From the human T2T-CHM13v2.0 reference genome, Homo sapiens: a DNA stretch of 64,000 nucleotides. A program made the position numbers and the translations under genes. The notes beneath the pieces are model-generated. The model had not been told where the DNA came from, did not search any database, and was given only the letters and a program-made list of their open reading frames with translations. This document shows, piece by piece, positions 52,901-64,000 of the stretch. The stretch lies in assembly GCF_009914755.1 (NCBI RefSeq), contig NC_060943.1. One strand, given 5' to 3'. Position 1 is the stretch's first letter; every line of letters starts with the position of its first letter.

Positions 52901-55900
52901 GTTTAACCTTTCTTTTCATAGAGCAGTTGGGAAACACTCTGTTTGTAAAGTCTGCAAGTGGATATTCAGACATCCTTGAGGCTTTCGTTGGAAACGGGAT
53001 TTCTTCATATTCTGCTAGAAAGAAGAATTCTCAGTAACTTCCTTGTGTTGTGTGTATTCAACTCACAGAGTTGAACGATCCTTTACACAGAGCAGACTTG
53101 AAACACTCTTTTTGTGGAATTTGCAAGTGGAGATTTCAGCCGCTTTGAGGTCAATGGTAGAATAGGAAATATCTTCCTATAGAAACTAGACAGAATGATT
53201 CTCAGAAACTCCTTTGTGATGTGTGCGTTCAACTCACACAGTTTAACCTTTCTTTTCATAGAGCAGTTAGGAAACACTCTGTTTGTAAAGTCTGCAAGTG
53301 GATATTCAGACCTCCTTGAGGCCTTCGTTGGAAACGGGATTTCTTCATATTATGCTAGACAGAAGAATTCTCAGTAACTTCCTTGTGTTGTGTGTATTCA
53401 ACTCACAGAGTTGAACGATCCTTTACACAGAGCAGACTTGAAACACTCTTTTTGTGGTATTTGCAAGTGGAGATTTCAGCCGCTTTGAGTTCAATGGTAG
53501 AATAGGAAATATCTTCCTATAGAAACTAGACAGAATGATTCTCAGAAACTCCTTTGTGATGTGTGCGTTCAACTCACAGAGTTCAACCTTTCTTTTAATA
53601 GAGCAGTTGGGAAACACTCTGTTTGTAAAGTCTGCAAGTGGATATTCAGACTTCTTTGAGGCCTTCGTTGGAAACGGGATTTCTTCATATTCTGCTAGAC
53701 AGAAGAATTCTCAGTAACTTCCTTGTGTTGTGTGTATTCAACTCACAGAGTTGAACGATCCTTTACACAGAGCAGACTTGAAACACTCTTTTTGTGGAAT
53801 TTGCAAGTGGAGATTTCAGCCGCTTTGAGGTCAATGGTAGAATAGGAAATATCTTCCTATAGAAACTAGACAGAATGATTCTCAGAAACTCCTTTGTGAT
53901 GTGTGCGTTCAACTCACAGAGTTTAACTTTTCTTTTCATAGAGCAGTTGGGAAACACTCTGTTTGTAAAGTCTGCAAGTGGATATTCAGACATCCTTGAG
54001 GCTTTCGTTGGAAACGGGATTTCTTCATATTCTGCTAGAAAGAAGAATTCTCAGTAACTTCCTTGTGTTGTGTGTATTCAACTCACAGAGTTGAACGATC
54101 CTTTACACAGAGCAGACTTGAAACAGTCTTTTTGTGGTATTTGCAAGTGGAGATTTCAGCCGCTTTGAGGTCAATGGTAGAATAGGAAATATCCTCCTAT
54201 AGAAACTAGACAGAATGATTCTCAGAAACTCCTTTGTGATGTGTGCGTTCAACTCACAGAGTTCAACCTTTCTTTTCATAGAGCAGTTGGGAAACACTCT
54301 GTTTGTAAAGTCTGCAAGTGGATATTCAGATTTCTTTGAGGCCTTCGTTGGAAGCGGGATTTCTTCATATTCTGCTAGACAGAAGAATTCTCAGTAACTG
54401 CCTTGTGTTGTGTGTATTCAACTCACAGAGTTGAACGATCCTTTACACAGAGCAGACTTGAAACACTCTTTTTGTGGAATTTGCAAGTGGAGATTTCAGC
54501 CGCTTTGAGGTCAATGGTAGAATAGGAAATATCTTCCTATAGAAACTAGACAGAATGATTCTCAGAAACTCCTTTGTGATGTGTGCGTTCAACTCACAGA
54601 GTTTAACCTTTCTTTTCATAGAGCAGTTAGGAAACACTCTGTTTGTAAAGTCTGCAAGTGGATATTCAGACCTCCTTGAGGCCTTCGTTGGAAACGGGAT
54701 ATCTTCATATTATGCTAGACAGAAGAATTCTCAGTAACTTCTTTGTGTTGTGTGTATTCAAGTCACAGAGTTGAACGATCCTTTACACAGAGCAGACTTG
54801 AAACACTCTTTTTGTGGAATTTGCAAGTGGAGATTTCAGCCGCTTTGAGTTCAATGGTAGAATAGGAAATATCTTCCTATAGAAACTAGACAGAATGATT
54901 CTCAGAAACTCCTTTGTGATGTGTGCATTCAACTCACAGAGTTCAACCTTTCTTTTCATAGAGCAGTTGGGAAACACTCTGTTTGTAAAGTCTGCAAGTG
55001 GATATTCAGACTTCTTTGAGGCCTTCGTTGGAAGCGGGATTTCTTCATGTTCTGCTAGACAGAAGAATTCTCAGAAACTTCCTTGTGTTGTGTGTTTTCA
55101 ACTCACAGAGTTGAACGATCCTTTACACAGAGCAGACTTGAAACACTCCTTTTGTGGAATTTGCAAGTGGAGATTTCAGCCGCTTTGAGGTCAATGGTAG
55201 AATAGGAAATATCTTCCTATAGAAAGTAGACAGAATGATTCTCAGAAACTCCTTTGTGATGTGTGCGTTCAACTCACAGAGTTTAACCTTTCTTTTCATA
55301 GAGCAGTTAGGAAACACTCTGTTTGTAAAGTCTGCAAGTGGATATTCAGACCTCCTTGAGGCCTTCGTTGGAAACGGGTTTTCTTCATATTATGCTAGAC
55401 AGAAGAATTCTCAGTAACTTCTTTGTGTTGTGTGTATTCAACTCACAGAGTTGAACGATCCTTTACACAGAGCAGACTTGAAACACTCTTTTTGTGGAAT
55501 TTGCAAGTGGAGATTTCAGCCGCTTTGAGTTCAATGGTAGAATAGGAAATATCTTCCTATAGAAACTAGACAGAATGATTCTCAGAAACTCCTTTGTGAT
55601 GTGTGCGTTCAACTCACAGAGTTTAACCTTTCTTTTCATAGAGCAGTTAGGAAACACTCTGTTTGTAAAGTCTGCAAGTGGATATTCAGACCTCCTTGAG
55701 GCCTTCGTTGGAAACGGGATATCTTCATATTATGCTAGACAGAAGAATTCTCAGTAACTTCTTTGTGTTGTGTGTATTCAAGTCACAGAGTTGAACGATC
55801 CTTTACACAGAGCAGACTTGAAACACTCTTTTTGTGGAATTTGCAAGTGGAGATTTCAGCCGCTTTGAGTTCAATGGTAGAATAGGAAATATCTTCCTAT

Positions 55901-58900
55901 AGAAACTAGACAGAATGATTCTCAGAAACTCCTTTGTGATGTGTGCGTTCAACTCACAGAGTTTAACCTTTCTTTTCATAGAGCAGTTAGGAAACACTCT
56001 GTTTGTAAAGTCTGCAAGTGGATATTCAGACCTCCTTGAGGCCTTCGTTGGAAACGGGATATCTTCATATTATGCTAGACAGAAGAATTCTCAGTAACTT
56101 CTTTGTGTTGTGTGTATTCAAGTCACAGAGTTGAACGATCCTTTACACAGAGCAGACTTGAAACACTCTTTTTGTGGAATTTGCAAGTGGAGATTTCAGC
56201 CGCTTTGAGTTCAATGGTAGAATAGGAAATATCTTCCTATAGAAACTAGACAGAATGATTCTCAGAAACTCCTTTGTGATGTGTGCATTCAACTCACAGA
56301 GTTCAACCTTTCTTTTCATAGAGCAGTTGGGAAACACTCTGTTTGTAAAGTCTGCAAGTGGATATTCAGACTTCTTTGAGGCCTTCGTTGGAAGCGGGAT
56401 TTCTTCATGTTCTGCTAGACAGAAGAATTCTCAGAAACTTCCTTGTGTTGTGTGTTTTCAACTCACAGAGTTGAACGATCCTTTACACAGAGCAGACTTG
56501 AAACACTCCTTTTGTGGAATTTGCAAGTGGAGATTTCAGCCGCTTTGAGGTCAATGGTAGAATAGGAAATATCTTCCTATAGAAAGTAGACAGAATGATT
56601 CTCAGAAACTCCTTTGTGATGTGTGCGTTCAACTCACAGAGTTTAACCTTTCTTTTCATAGAGCAGTTAGGAAACACTCTGTTTGTAAAGTCTGCAAGTG
56701 GATATTCAGACCTCCTTGAGGCCTTCGTTGGAAACGGGTTTTCTTCATATTATGCTAGACAGAAGAATTCTCAGTAACTTCTTTGTGTTGTGTGTATTCA
56801 ACTCACAGAGTTGAACGATCCTTTACACAGAGCAGACTTGAAACACTCTTTTTGTGGAATTTGCAAGTGGAGATTTCAGCCGCTTTGAGTTCAATGGTAG
56901 AATAGGAAATATCTTCCTATAGAAACTAGACAGAATGATTCTCAGAAACTCCTTTGTGATGTGTGCGTTCAACTCACAGAGTTTAACCTTTCTTTTCATA
57001 GAGCAGTTAGGAAACACTCTGTTTGTAAAGTCTGCAAGTGGATATTCAGACCTCCTTGAGGCCTTCGTTGGAAACGGGATATCTTCATATTATGCTAGAC
57101 AGAAGAATTCTCAGTAACTTCTTTGTGTTGTGTGTATTCAAGTCACAGAGTTGAACGATCCTTTACACAGAGCAGACTTGAAACACTCTTTTTGTGGAAT
57201 TTGCAAGTGGAGATTTCAGCCGCTTTGAGTTCAATGGTAGAATAGGAAATATCTTCCTATAGAAACTAGACAGAATGATTCTCAGAAACTCCTTTGTGAT
57301 GTGTGCATTCAACTCACAGAGTTCAACCTTTCTTTTCATAGAGCAGTTGGGAAACACTCTGTTTGTAAAGTCTGCAAGTGGATATTCAGACTTCTTTGAG
57401 GCCTTCGTTGGAAGCGGGATTTCTTCATGTTCTGCTAGACAGAAGAATTCTCAGAAACTTCCTTGTGTTGTGTGTTTTCAACTCACAGAGTTGAACGATC
57501 CTTTACACAGAGCAGACTTGAAACACTCCTTTTGTGGAATTTGCAAGTGGAGATTTCAGCCGCTTTGAGGTCAATGGTAGAATAGGAAATATCTTCCTAT
57601 AGAAAGTAGACAGAATGATTCTCAGAAACTCCTTTGTGATGTGTGCGTTCAACTCACAGAGTTTAACCTTTCTTTTCATAGAGCAGTTAGGAAACACTCT
57701 GTTTGTAAAGTCTGCAAGTGGATATTCAGACCTCCTTGAGGCCTTCGTTGGAAACGGGTTTTCTTCATATTATGCTAGACAGAAGAATTCTCAGTAACTT
57801 CCTTGTGTTGTGTGTATTCAACTCACAGAGTTGAACGATCCTTTACACAGAGCAGACTTGAAACACTCTTTTTGTGGAATTTGCAAGTGGAGATTTCAGC
57901 CTCTTTGAGTTCAATGGTAGAATAGGAAATATCTTCCTATAGAAACTAGACAGAATGATTCTCAGAAACTCCTTTGTGATGTGTGCGTTCAACTCACAGT
58001 GTTCAACCTTTCTTTTCATAGAGCAGTTGGGAAACACTCTGTTTGTAAAGTCTGCAAGTGGATATTCAGACTTCTTTGAGGCCTTCGTTGGAAGCGGGAT
58101 TTCTTCATGTTCTGCTAGACAGAAGAATTCTCAGAAACTTCCTTGTGTTGTGTGTTTTCAACTCACAGAGTTGAACGATCCTTTACACAGAGCAGACTTG
58201 AAACTCTCCTTTTGTGGAATTTGCAAGTGGAGATTTCAGCCGCTTTGAGGTCAATGGTAGAATAGGATATATCTTCCTATAGAAAGTAGACAGAATGATT
58301 CTCAGAAACTCCTTTGTGATGTGTGCGTTCAACTCACAGAGTTTAACCTTTCTTTTCATAGAGCAGTTAGGAAACACTCTGTTTGTAAAGTCTGCAAGTG
58401 GATATTCAGACCTCCTTGAGGCCTTCGTTGGAAACGGGATTTCTTCATATTATGCTAGACAGAAGAATTCTCAGTAACTTCCTTGTGTTGTGTGTATTCA
58501 ACTCACAGAGTTGAACGATCCTTTACACAGAGCAGACTTGAAACACTCTTTTTGTGGTATTTGCAAGTGGAGATTTCAGCCGCTTTGAGGTCAATGGTAG
58601 AATAGGAAATATCTTCCTATAGAAACTAGACTGAATGATTCTCAGAAACTCCTTTGTGATGTGTGCGTTCAACTCACAGAGTTCAACCTTTCTTTTAATA
58701 GAGCAGTTGGGAAACACTCTGTTTGTAAAGTCTGCAAGTGGATATTCAGACTTCTTTGAGGCCTTCGTTGGAAACGGGATTTCTTCATATTATGCTAGAC
58801 AGAAGAATTCTCAGTAACTTCCTTGTGTTGTGTGTATTCAACTCACAGAGTTGAACGATCCTTTACACAGAGCAGACTTGAAACACTCTTTTTGTGGAAT

Positions 58901-61900
58901 TTGCAAGTGGAGATTTCAGCCGCTTTGAGGTCAATGGTAGAATAGGAAATATCTTCCTATAGAAACTAGACAGAATGATTCTCAGAAACTCCTTTGTGAT
59001 GTGTGCGTTCAACTCACAGAGTTTAACTTTTCTTTTCATAGAGCAGTTGGGAAACACTCTGTTTGTAAAGTCTGCAAGTGGATATTCAGACCTCCTTGAG
59101 GCCTTCGTTGGAAACGGGATTTCTTCATATTATGCTAGACAGAAGAATTCTCAGTAACTTCCTTGTGTTGTGTGTATTCAACTCACAGAGTTGAACGATC
59201 CTTTACACAGAGCAGACTTGAAACACTCTTTTTGTGGAATTTGCAAGTGGAGATTTCAGCCGCTTTGAGGTCAATGGTAGAATAGGAAATATCTTCCTAT
59301 AGAAACTAGACAGAATGATTCTCAGAAACTCCTTTGTGATGTGTGCGTTCAACTCACACAGTTTAACCTTTCTTTTCATAGAGCAGTTAGGAAACACTCT
59401 GTTTGTAAAGTCTGCAAGTGGATATTCAGACATCCTTGAGGCCTTCGTTGGAAACGGGATTTCTTCATATTATGCTAGACAGAAGAATTCTCAGTAACTT
59501 CCTTGTGTTGTGTGTATTCAACTCACAGAGTTGAACGATCCTTTACACAGAGCAGACTTGAAACACTCTTTTTGTGGTATTTGCAAGTGGAGATTTCAGC
59601 CGCTTTGAGGTCAATGGTAGAATAGGAAATATCCTCCTATAGATACTAGACAGAATGATTCTCAGAAACTCCTTTGTGATGTGTGCGTTCAACTCACAGA
59701 GTTCAACCTTTCTTTTCATAGAGCAGTTGGGAAACACTCTGTTTGTAAAGTCTGCAAGTGGATATTCAGACTTCTTTGAGGCCTTCGTTGGAAGCGGGAT
59801 TTCTTCATGTTCTGCTAGACAGAAGAATTCTCAGAAACTTCCTTGTGTTGTGTGTTTTCAACTCACAGAGTTGAACGATCCTTTACACAGAGCAGACTTG
59901 AAACACTCCTTTTGTGGAATTTGCAAGTGGAGATTTCAGCCGCTTTGAGGTCAATGGTAGAATAGGAAATATCTTCCTATAGAAAGTAGACAGAATGATT
60001 CTCAGAAACTCCTTTGTGATGTGTGCGTTCAACTCACAGAGTTTAACCTTTCTTTTCATAGAGCAGTTAGGAAACACTCTGTTTGTAAAGTCTGCAAGTG
60101 GATATTCAGACCTCCTTGAGGCCTTCGTTGGAAACGGGATTTCTTCATATTATGCTAGACAGAAGAATTCTCAGTAACTTCCTTGTGTTGTGTGTATTCA
60201 ACTCACAGAGTTGAACGATCCTTTACACAGAGCAGACTTGAAACACTCTTTTTGTGGTATTTGCAAGTGGAGATTTCAGCCGCTTTGAGGTCAATGGTAG
60301 AATAGGAAATATCTTCCTATAGAAACTAGACAGAATGATTCTCAGAAACTCCTTTGTGATGTGTGCGTTCAACTCACAGAGTTCAACCTTTCTTTTAATA
60401 GAGCAGTTGGGAAACACTCTGTTTGTAAAGTCTGCAAGTGGATATTCAGACTTCTTTGAGGCCTTCGTTGGAAACGGGATTTCTTCATATTATGCTAGAC
60501 AGAAGAATTCTCAGTAACTTCCTTGTGTTGTGTGTATTCAACTCACAGAGTTGAACGATCCTTTACACAGAGCAGACTTGAAACACTCTTTTTGTGGAAT
60601 TTGCAAGTGGAGATTTCAGCCGCTTTGAGGTCAATGGTAGAATAGGAAATATCTTCCTATAGAAACTAGACAGAATGATTCTCAGAAACTCCTTTGTGAT
60701 GTGTGCGTTCAACTCACAGAGTTTAACCTTTCTTTTCATAGAGCAGTTGGGAAACACTCTGTTTGTAAAGTCTGCAAGTGGATATTCAGACATCCTTGAG
60801 GCTTTCGTTGGAAACGGGATTTCTTCATATTCTGCTAGAAAGAAGAATTCTCAGTAACTTCCTTGTGTTGTGTGTATTCAACTCACAGAGTTGAACGATC
60901 CTTTACACAGAGCAGACTTGAAACACTCTTTTTGTGGAATTTGCAAGTGGAGATTTCAGCCGCTTTGAGGTCAATGGTAGAATAGGAAATATCTTCCTAT
61001 AGAAACTAGACAGAATGATTCTCAGAAACTCCTTTGTGATGTGTGCGTTCAACTCACACAGTTTAACCTTTCTTTTCATAGAGCAGTTAGGAAACACTCT
61101 GTTTGTAAAGTCTGCAAGTGGATATTCAGACATCCTTGAGGCCTTCGTTGGAAACGGGATTTCTTCATATTATGCTAGACAGAAGAATTCTCAGTAACTT
61201 CCTTGTGTTGTGTGTATTCAACTCACAGAGTTGAACGATCCTTTACACAGAGCAGACTTGAAACACTCTTTTTGTGGTATTTGCAAGTGGAGATTTCAGC
61301 CGCTTTGAGTTCAATGGTAGAATAGGAAATATCTTCCTATAGAAACTAGACAGAATGATTCTCAGAAACTCCTTTGTGATGTGTGCGTTCAACTCACAGA
61401 GTTCAACCTTTCTTTTAATAGAGCAGTTGGGAAACACTCTGTTTGTAAAGTCTGCAAGTGGATATTCAGACTTCTTTGAGGCCTTCGTTGGAAACGGGAT
61501 TTCTTCATATTATGCTAGACAGAAGAATTCTCAGTAACTTCCTTGTGTTGTGTGTATTCAACTCACAGAGTTGAACGATCCTTTACACAGAGCAGACTTG
61601 AAACACTCTTTTTGTGGAATTTGCAAGTGGAGATTTCAGCCGCTTTGAGGTCAATGGTAGAATAGGAAATATCCTCCTATAGAAACTAGACAGAATGATT
61701 CTCAGAAACTCCTTTGTGATGTGTGCGTTCAACTCACAGAGTTCAACCTTTCTTTTCATAGAGCAGTTGGGAAACACTCTGTTTGTAAAGTCTGCAAGTG
61801 GATATTCAGACTTCTTTGAGGCCTTCGTTGGAAGCGGGATTTCTTCATATTCTGCTAGAGAGAAGAATTCTCAGTAACTGCCTTGTGTTGTGTGTATTCA

Positions 61901-64000
61901 ACTCACAGAGTTGAACGATCCTTTACACAGAGCAGACTTGAAACACTCTTTTTGTGGAATTTGCAAGTGGAGATTTCAGCCGCTTTGAGGTCAATGGTAG
62001 AATAGGAAATATCTTCCTATAGAAACTAGACAGAATGATTCTCAGAAACTCCTTTGTGATGTGTGCGTTCAACTCACAGAGTTTAACCTTTCTTTTCATA
62101 GAGCAGTTAGGAAACACTCTGTTTGTAAAGTCTGCAAGTGGATATTCAGACCTCCTTGAGGCCTTCGTTGGAAACGGGATTTCTTCATATTATGCTAGAC
62201 AGAAGAATTCTCAGTAACTTCTTTGTGTTGTGTGTATTCAAGTCACAGAGTTGAACGATCCTTTACACAGAGCAGACTTGAAACACTCTTTTTGTGGAAT
62301 TTGCAAGTGGAGATTTCCGCCGCTTTGAGTTCAATGGTAGAATAGGAAATATCTTCCTATAGAAACTAGACAGAATGATTCTCAGAAACTCCTTTGTGAT
62401 GTGTGCATTCAACTCACAGAGTTCAACCTTTCTTTTCATAGAGCAGTTGGGAAACACTCTGTTTGTAAAGTCTGCAAGTGGATATTCAGACTTCTTTGAG
62501 GCCTTCGTTGGAAGCGGGATTTCTTCATGTTCTGCTAGACAGAAGAATTCTCAGAAACTTCCTTGTGTTGTGTGTTTTCAACTCACAGAGTTGAACGATC
62601 CTTTACACAGAGCAGACTTGAAACACTCCTTTTGTGGAATTTGCAAGTGGAGATTTCAGCCGCTTTGAGGTCAATGGTAGAATAGGAAATATCTTCCTAT
62701 AGAAAGTAGACAGAATGATTCTCAGAAACTCCTTTGTGATGTGTGCGTTCAACTCACAGAGTTTAACCTTTCTTTTCATAGAGCAGTTAGGAAACACTCT
62801 GTTTGTAAAGTCTGCAAGTGGATATTCAGACCTCCTTGAGGCCTTCGTTGGAAACGGGTTTTCTTCATATTATGCTAGACAGAAGAATTCTCAGTAACTT
62901 CCTTGTGTTGTGTGTATTCAACTCACAGAGTTGAACGATCCTTTACACAGAGCAGACTTGAAACACTCTTTTTGTGGAATTTGCAAGTGGAGATTTCAGC
63001 CGCTTTGAGTTCAATGGTAGAATAGGAAATATCTTCCTATAGAAACTAGACAGAATGATTCTCAGAAACTCCTTTGTGATGTGTGCGTTCAACTCACAGT
63101 GTTCAACCTTTCTTTTCATAGAGCAGTTGGGAAACACTCTGTTTGTAAAGTCTGCAAGTGGATATTCAGACTTCTTTGAGGCCTTCGTTGGAAGCGGGAT
63201 TTCTTCATGTTCTGCTAGACAGAAGAATTCTCAGAAACTTCCTTGTGTTGTGTGTTTTCAACTCACAGAGTTGAACGATCCTTTACACAGAGCAGACTTG
63301 AAACACTCCTTTTGTGGAATTTGCAAGTGGAGATTTCAGCCGCTTTGAGGTCAATGGTAGAATAGGAAATATCTTCATATAGAAAGTAGACAGAATGATT
63401 CTCAGAAACTCCTTTGTGATGTGTGCGTTCAACTCACAGAGTTTAACCTTTCTTTTCATAGAGCAGTTAGGAAACACTCTGTTTGTAAAGTCTGCAAGTG
63501 GATATTCAGACCTCCTTGAGGCCTTCGTTGGAAACGGGATTTCTTCATATTATGCTAGACAGAAGAATTCTCAGTAACTTCCTTGTGTTGTGTGTATTCA
63601 ACTCACAGAGTTGAACGATCCTTTACACAGAGCAGACTTGAAACACTCTTTTTGTGGTATTTGCAAGTGGAGATTTCAGCCGCTTTGAGGTCAATGGTAG
63701 AATAGGAAATATCTTCCTATAGAAACTAGACAGAATGATTCTCAGAAACTCCTTTGTGATGTGTGCGTTCAACTCACAGAGTTCAACCTTTCTTTTAATA
63801 GAGCAGTTGGGAAACACTCTGTTTGTAAAGTCTGCAAGTGGATATTCAGACTTCTTTGAGGCCTTCGTTGGAAACGGGATTTCTTCATATTATGCTAGAC
63901 AGAAGAATTCTCAGTAACTTCCTTGTGTTGTGTGTATTCAACTCACAGAGTTGAACGATCCTTTACACAGAGCAGACTTGAAACACTCTTTTTGTGGAAT
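50000..64000 (+). repeat. Distinct haplotype domain built on an ~11-dimer unit with nested expansions
   Basis: Markers are largely confined to this segment: CAAGTCAC, CGGGTTTT, CACAGTGTT, TTTTAATA, GTGGTATT, ATCCTCC, GGGATATC. There are no indels after ~49880. Confidence 0.85.

Larger units (their letters stand above)
1..64000 (+). repeat. Alpha-satellite centromeric array, SF1 dimeric HOR (340 bp; D1Z7/D5Z2/D19Z3-type), about 188 head-to-tail copies
   Basis: The period is strictly 340 bp: the + ORF starts run 166, 506, 846 ... 63735, drifting only 11 bp over 187 periods. Each period holds two related ~170-bp monomers with typical alphoid motifs (TTCTCAGAAACT, TTCAACTCACAGAGTT, GAAACACTCT, TGCAAGTGGA) and a CENP-B box in alternate monomers. 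The family call is from recognition of the sequence; the chromosome was not verified. Confidence 0.98.

Noticed and set aside
54-63917. Hundreds of 60-103 aa ORFs on both strands (MILRNSFVMCAF..., MFPNCSMKRK...)
   Set aside because: They are chance open frames of the 340-bp repeat. They overlap on opposite strands, gain and lose stops and frameshifts freely, and resemble no protein family I recognise. They were used only as a variant readout.
1-64000. CRISPR-like or cassette-like array, or a novel multi-gene system
   Set aside because: There are no unique spacers, cas genes, recombinase or any non-repeat sequence. The entire unit is repeated and is recognisable alpha satellite.
1-64000. Transposon insertion (L1/Alu), inversion or monomer-scale deletion
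   Set aside because: The 340-bp phase and orientation hold throughout, and the net drift of 11 bp is fully explained by eight small indels.
1-64000. Firm assignment to chromosome 1, or to the CENP-A/kinetochore domain
   Set aside because: This HOR family is shared by chromosomes 1, 5 and 19, and kinetochore position is epigenetic. Both need mapping and chromatin data that I do not have.

Overview
The whole 64 kb window is one uninterrupted, single-orientation tandem array of primate (human-type) alpha-satellite DNA. It is built from about 188 copies of a 340-bp dimer (171 + 169 bp monomers). Each dimer has one CENP-B box position, one A-box/pJ-alpha-type site and normally one EcoRI site. This is the suprachromosomal family 1 (J1/J2) dimeric higher-order repeat of the D1Z7/D5Z2/D19Z3 type, i.e. 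the homogeneous core of a centromere; chromosome 1 is my best guess but it is not proven. I see no genes, transposon insertions, inversions or CRISPR arrays, and every listed ORF is an artefact of the repeat. I found no new gene system. The informative signal is in the variants. Shared rare SNVs and indels reveal nested duplications of 3, 5, 7, 11, 15, 19 and 33-34 dimers, a chimeric crossover dimer near 34.8 kb, and a divergent island at 20.2-20.9 kb. They also show a recurrent deletion site, mutation clusters, and a switch near 49-50 kb to a different haplotype domain; no disrupted CENP-B box was seen after 42.8 kb. All variant calls were made by eye and need alignment confirmation.
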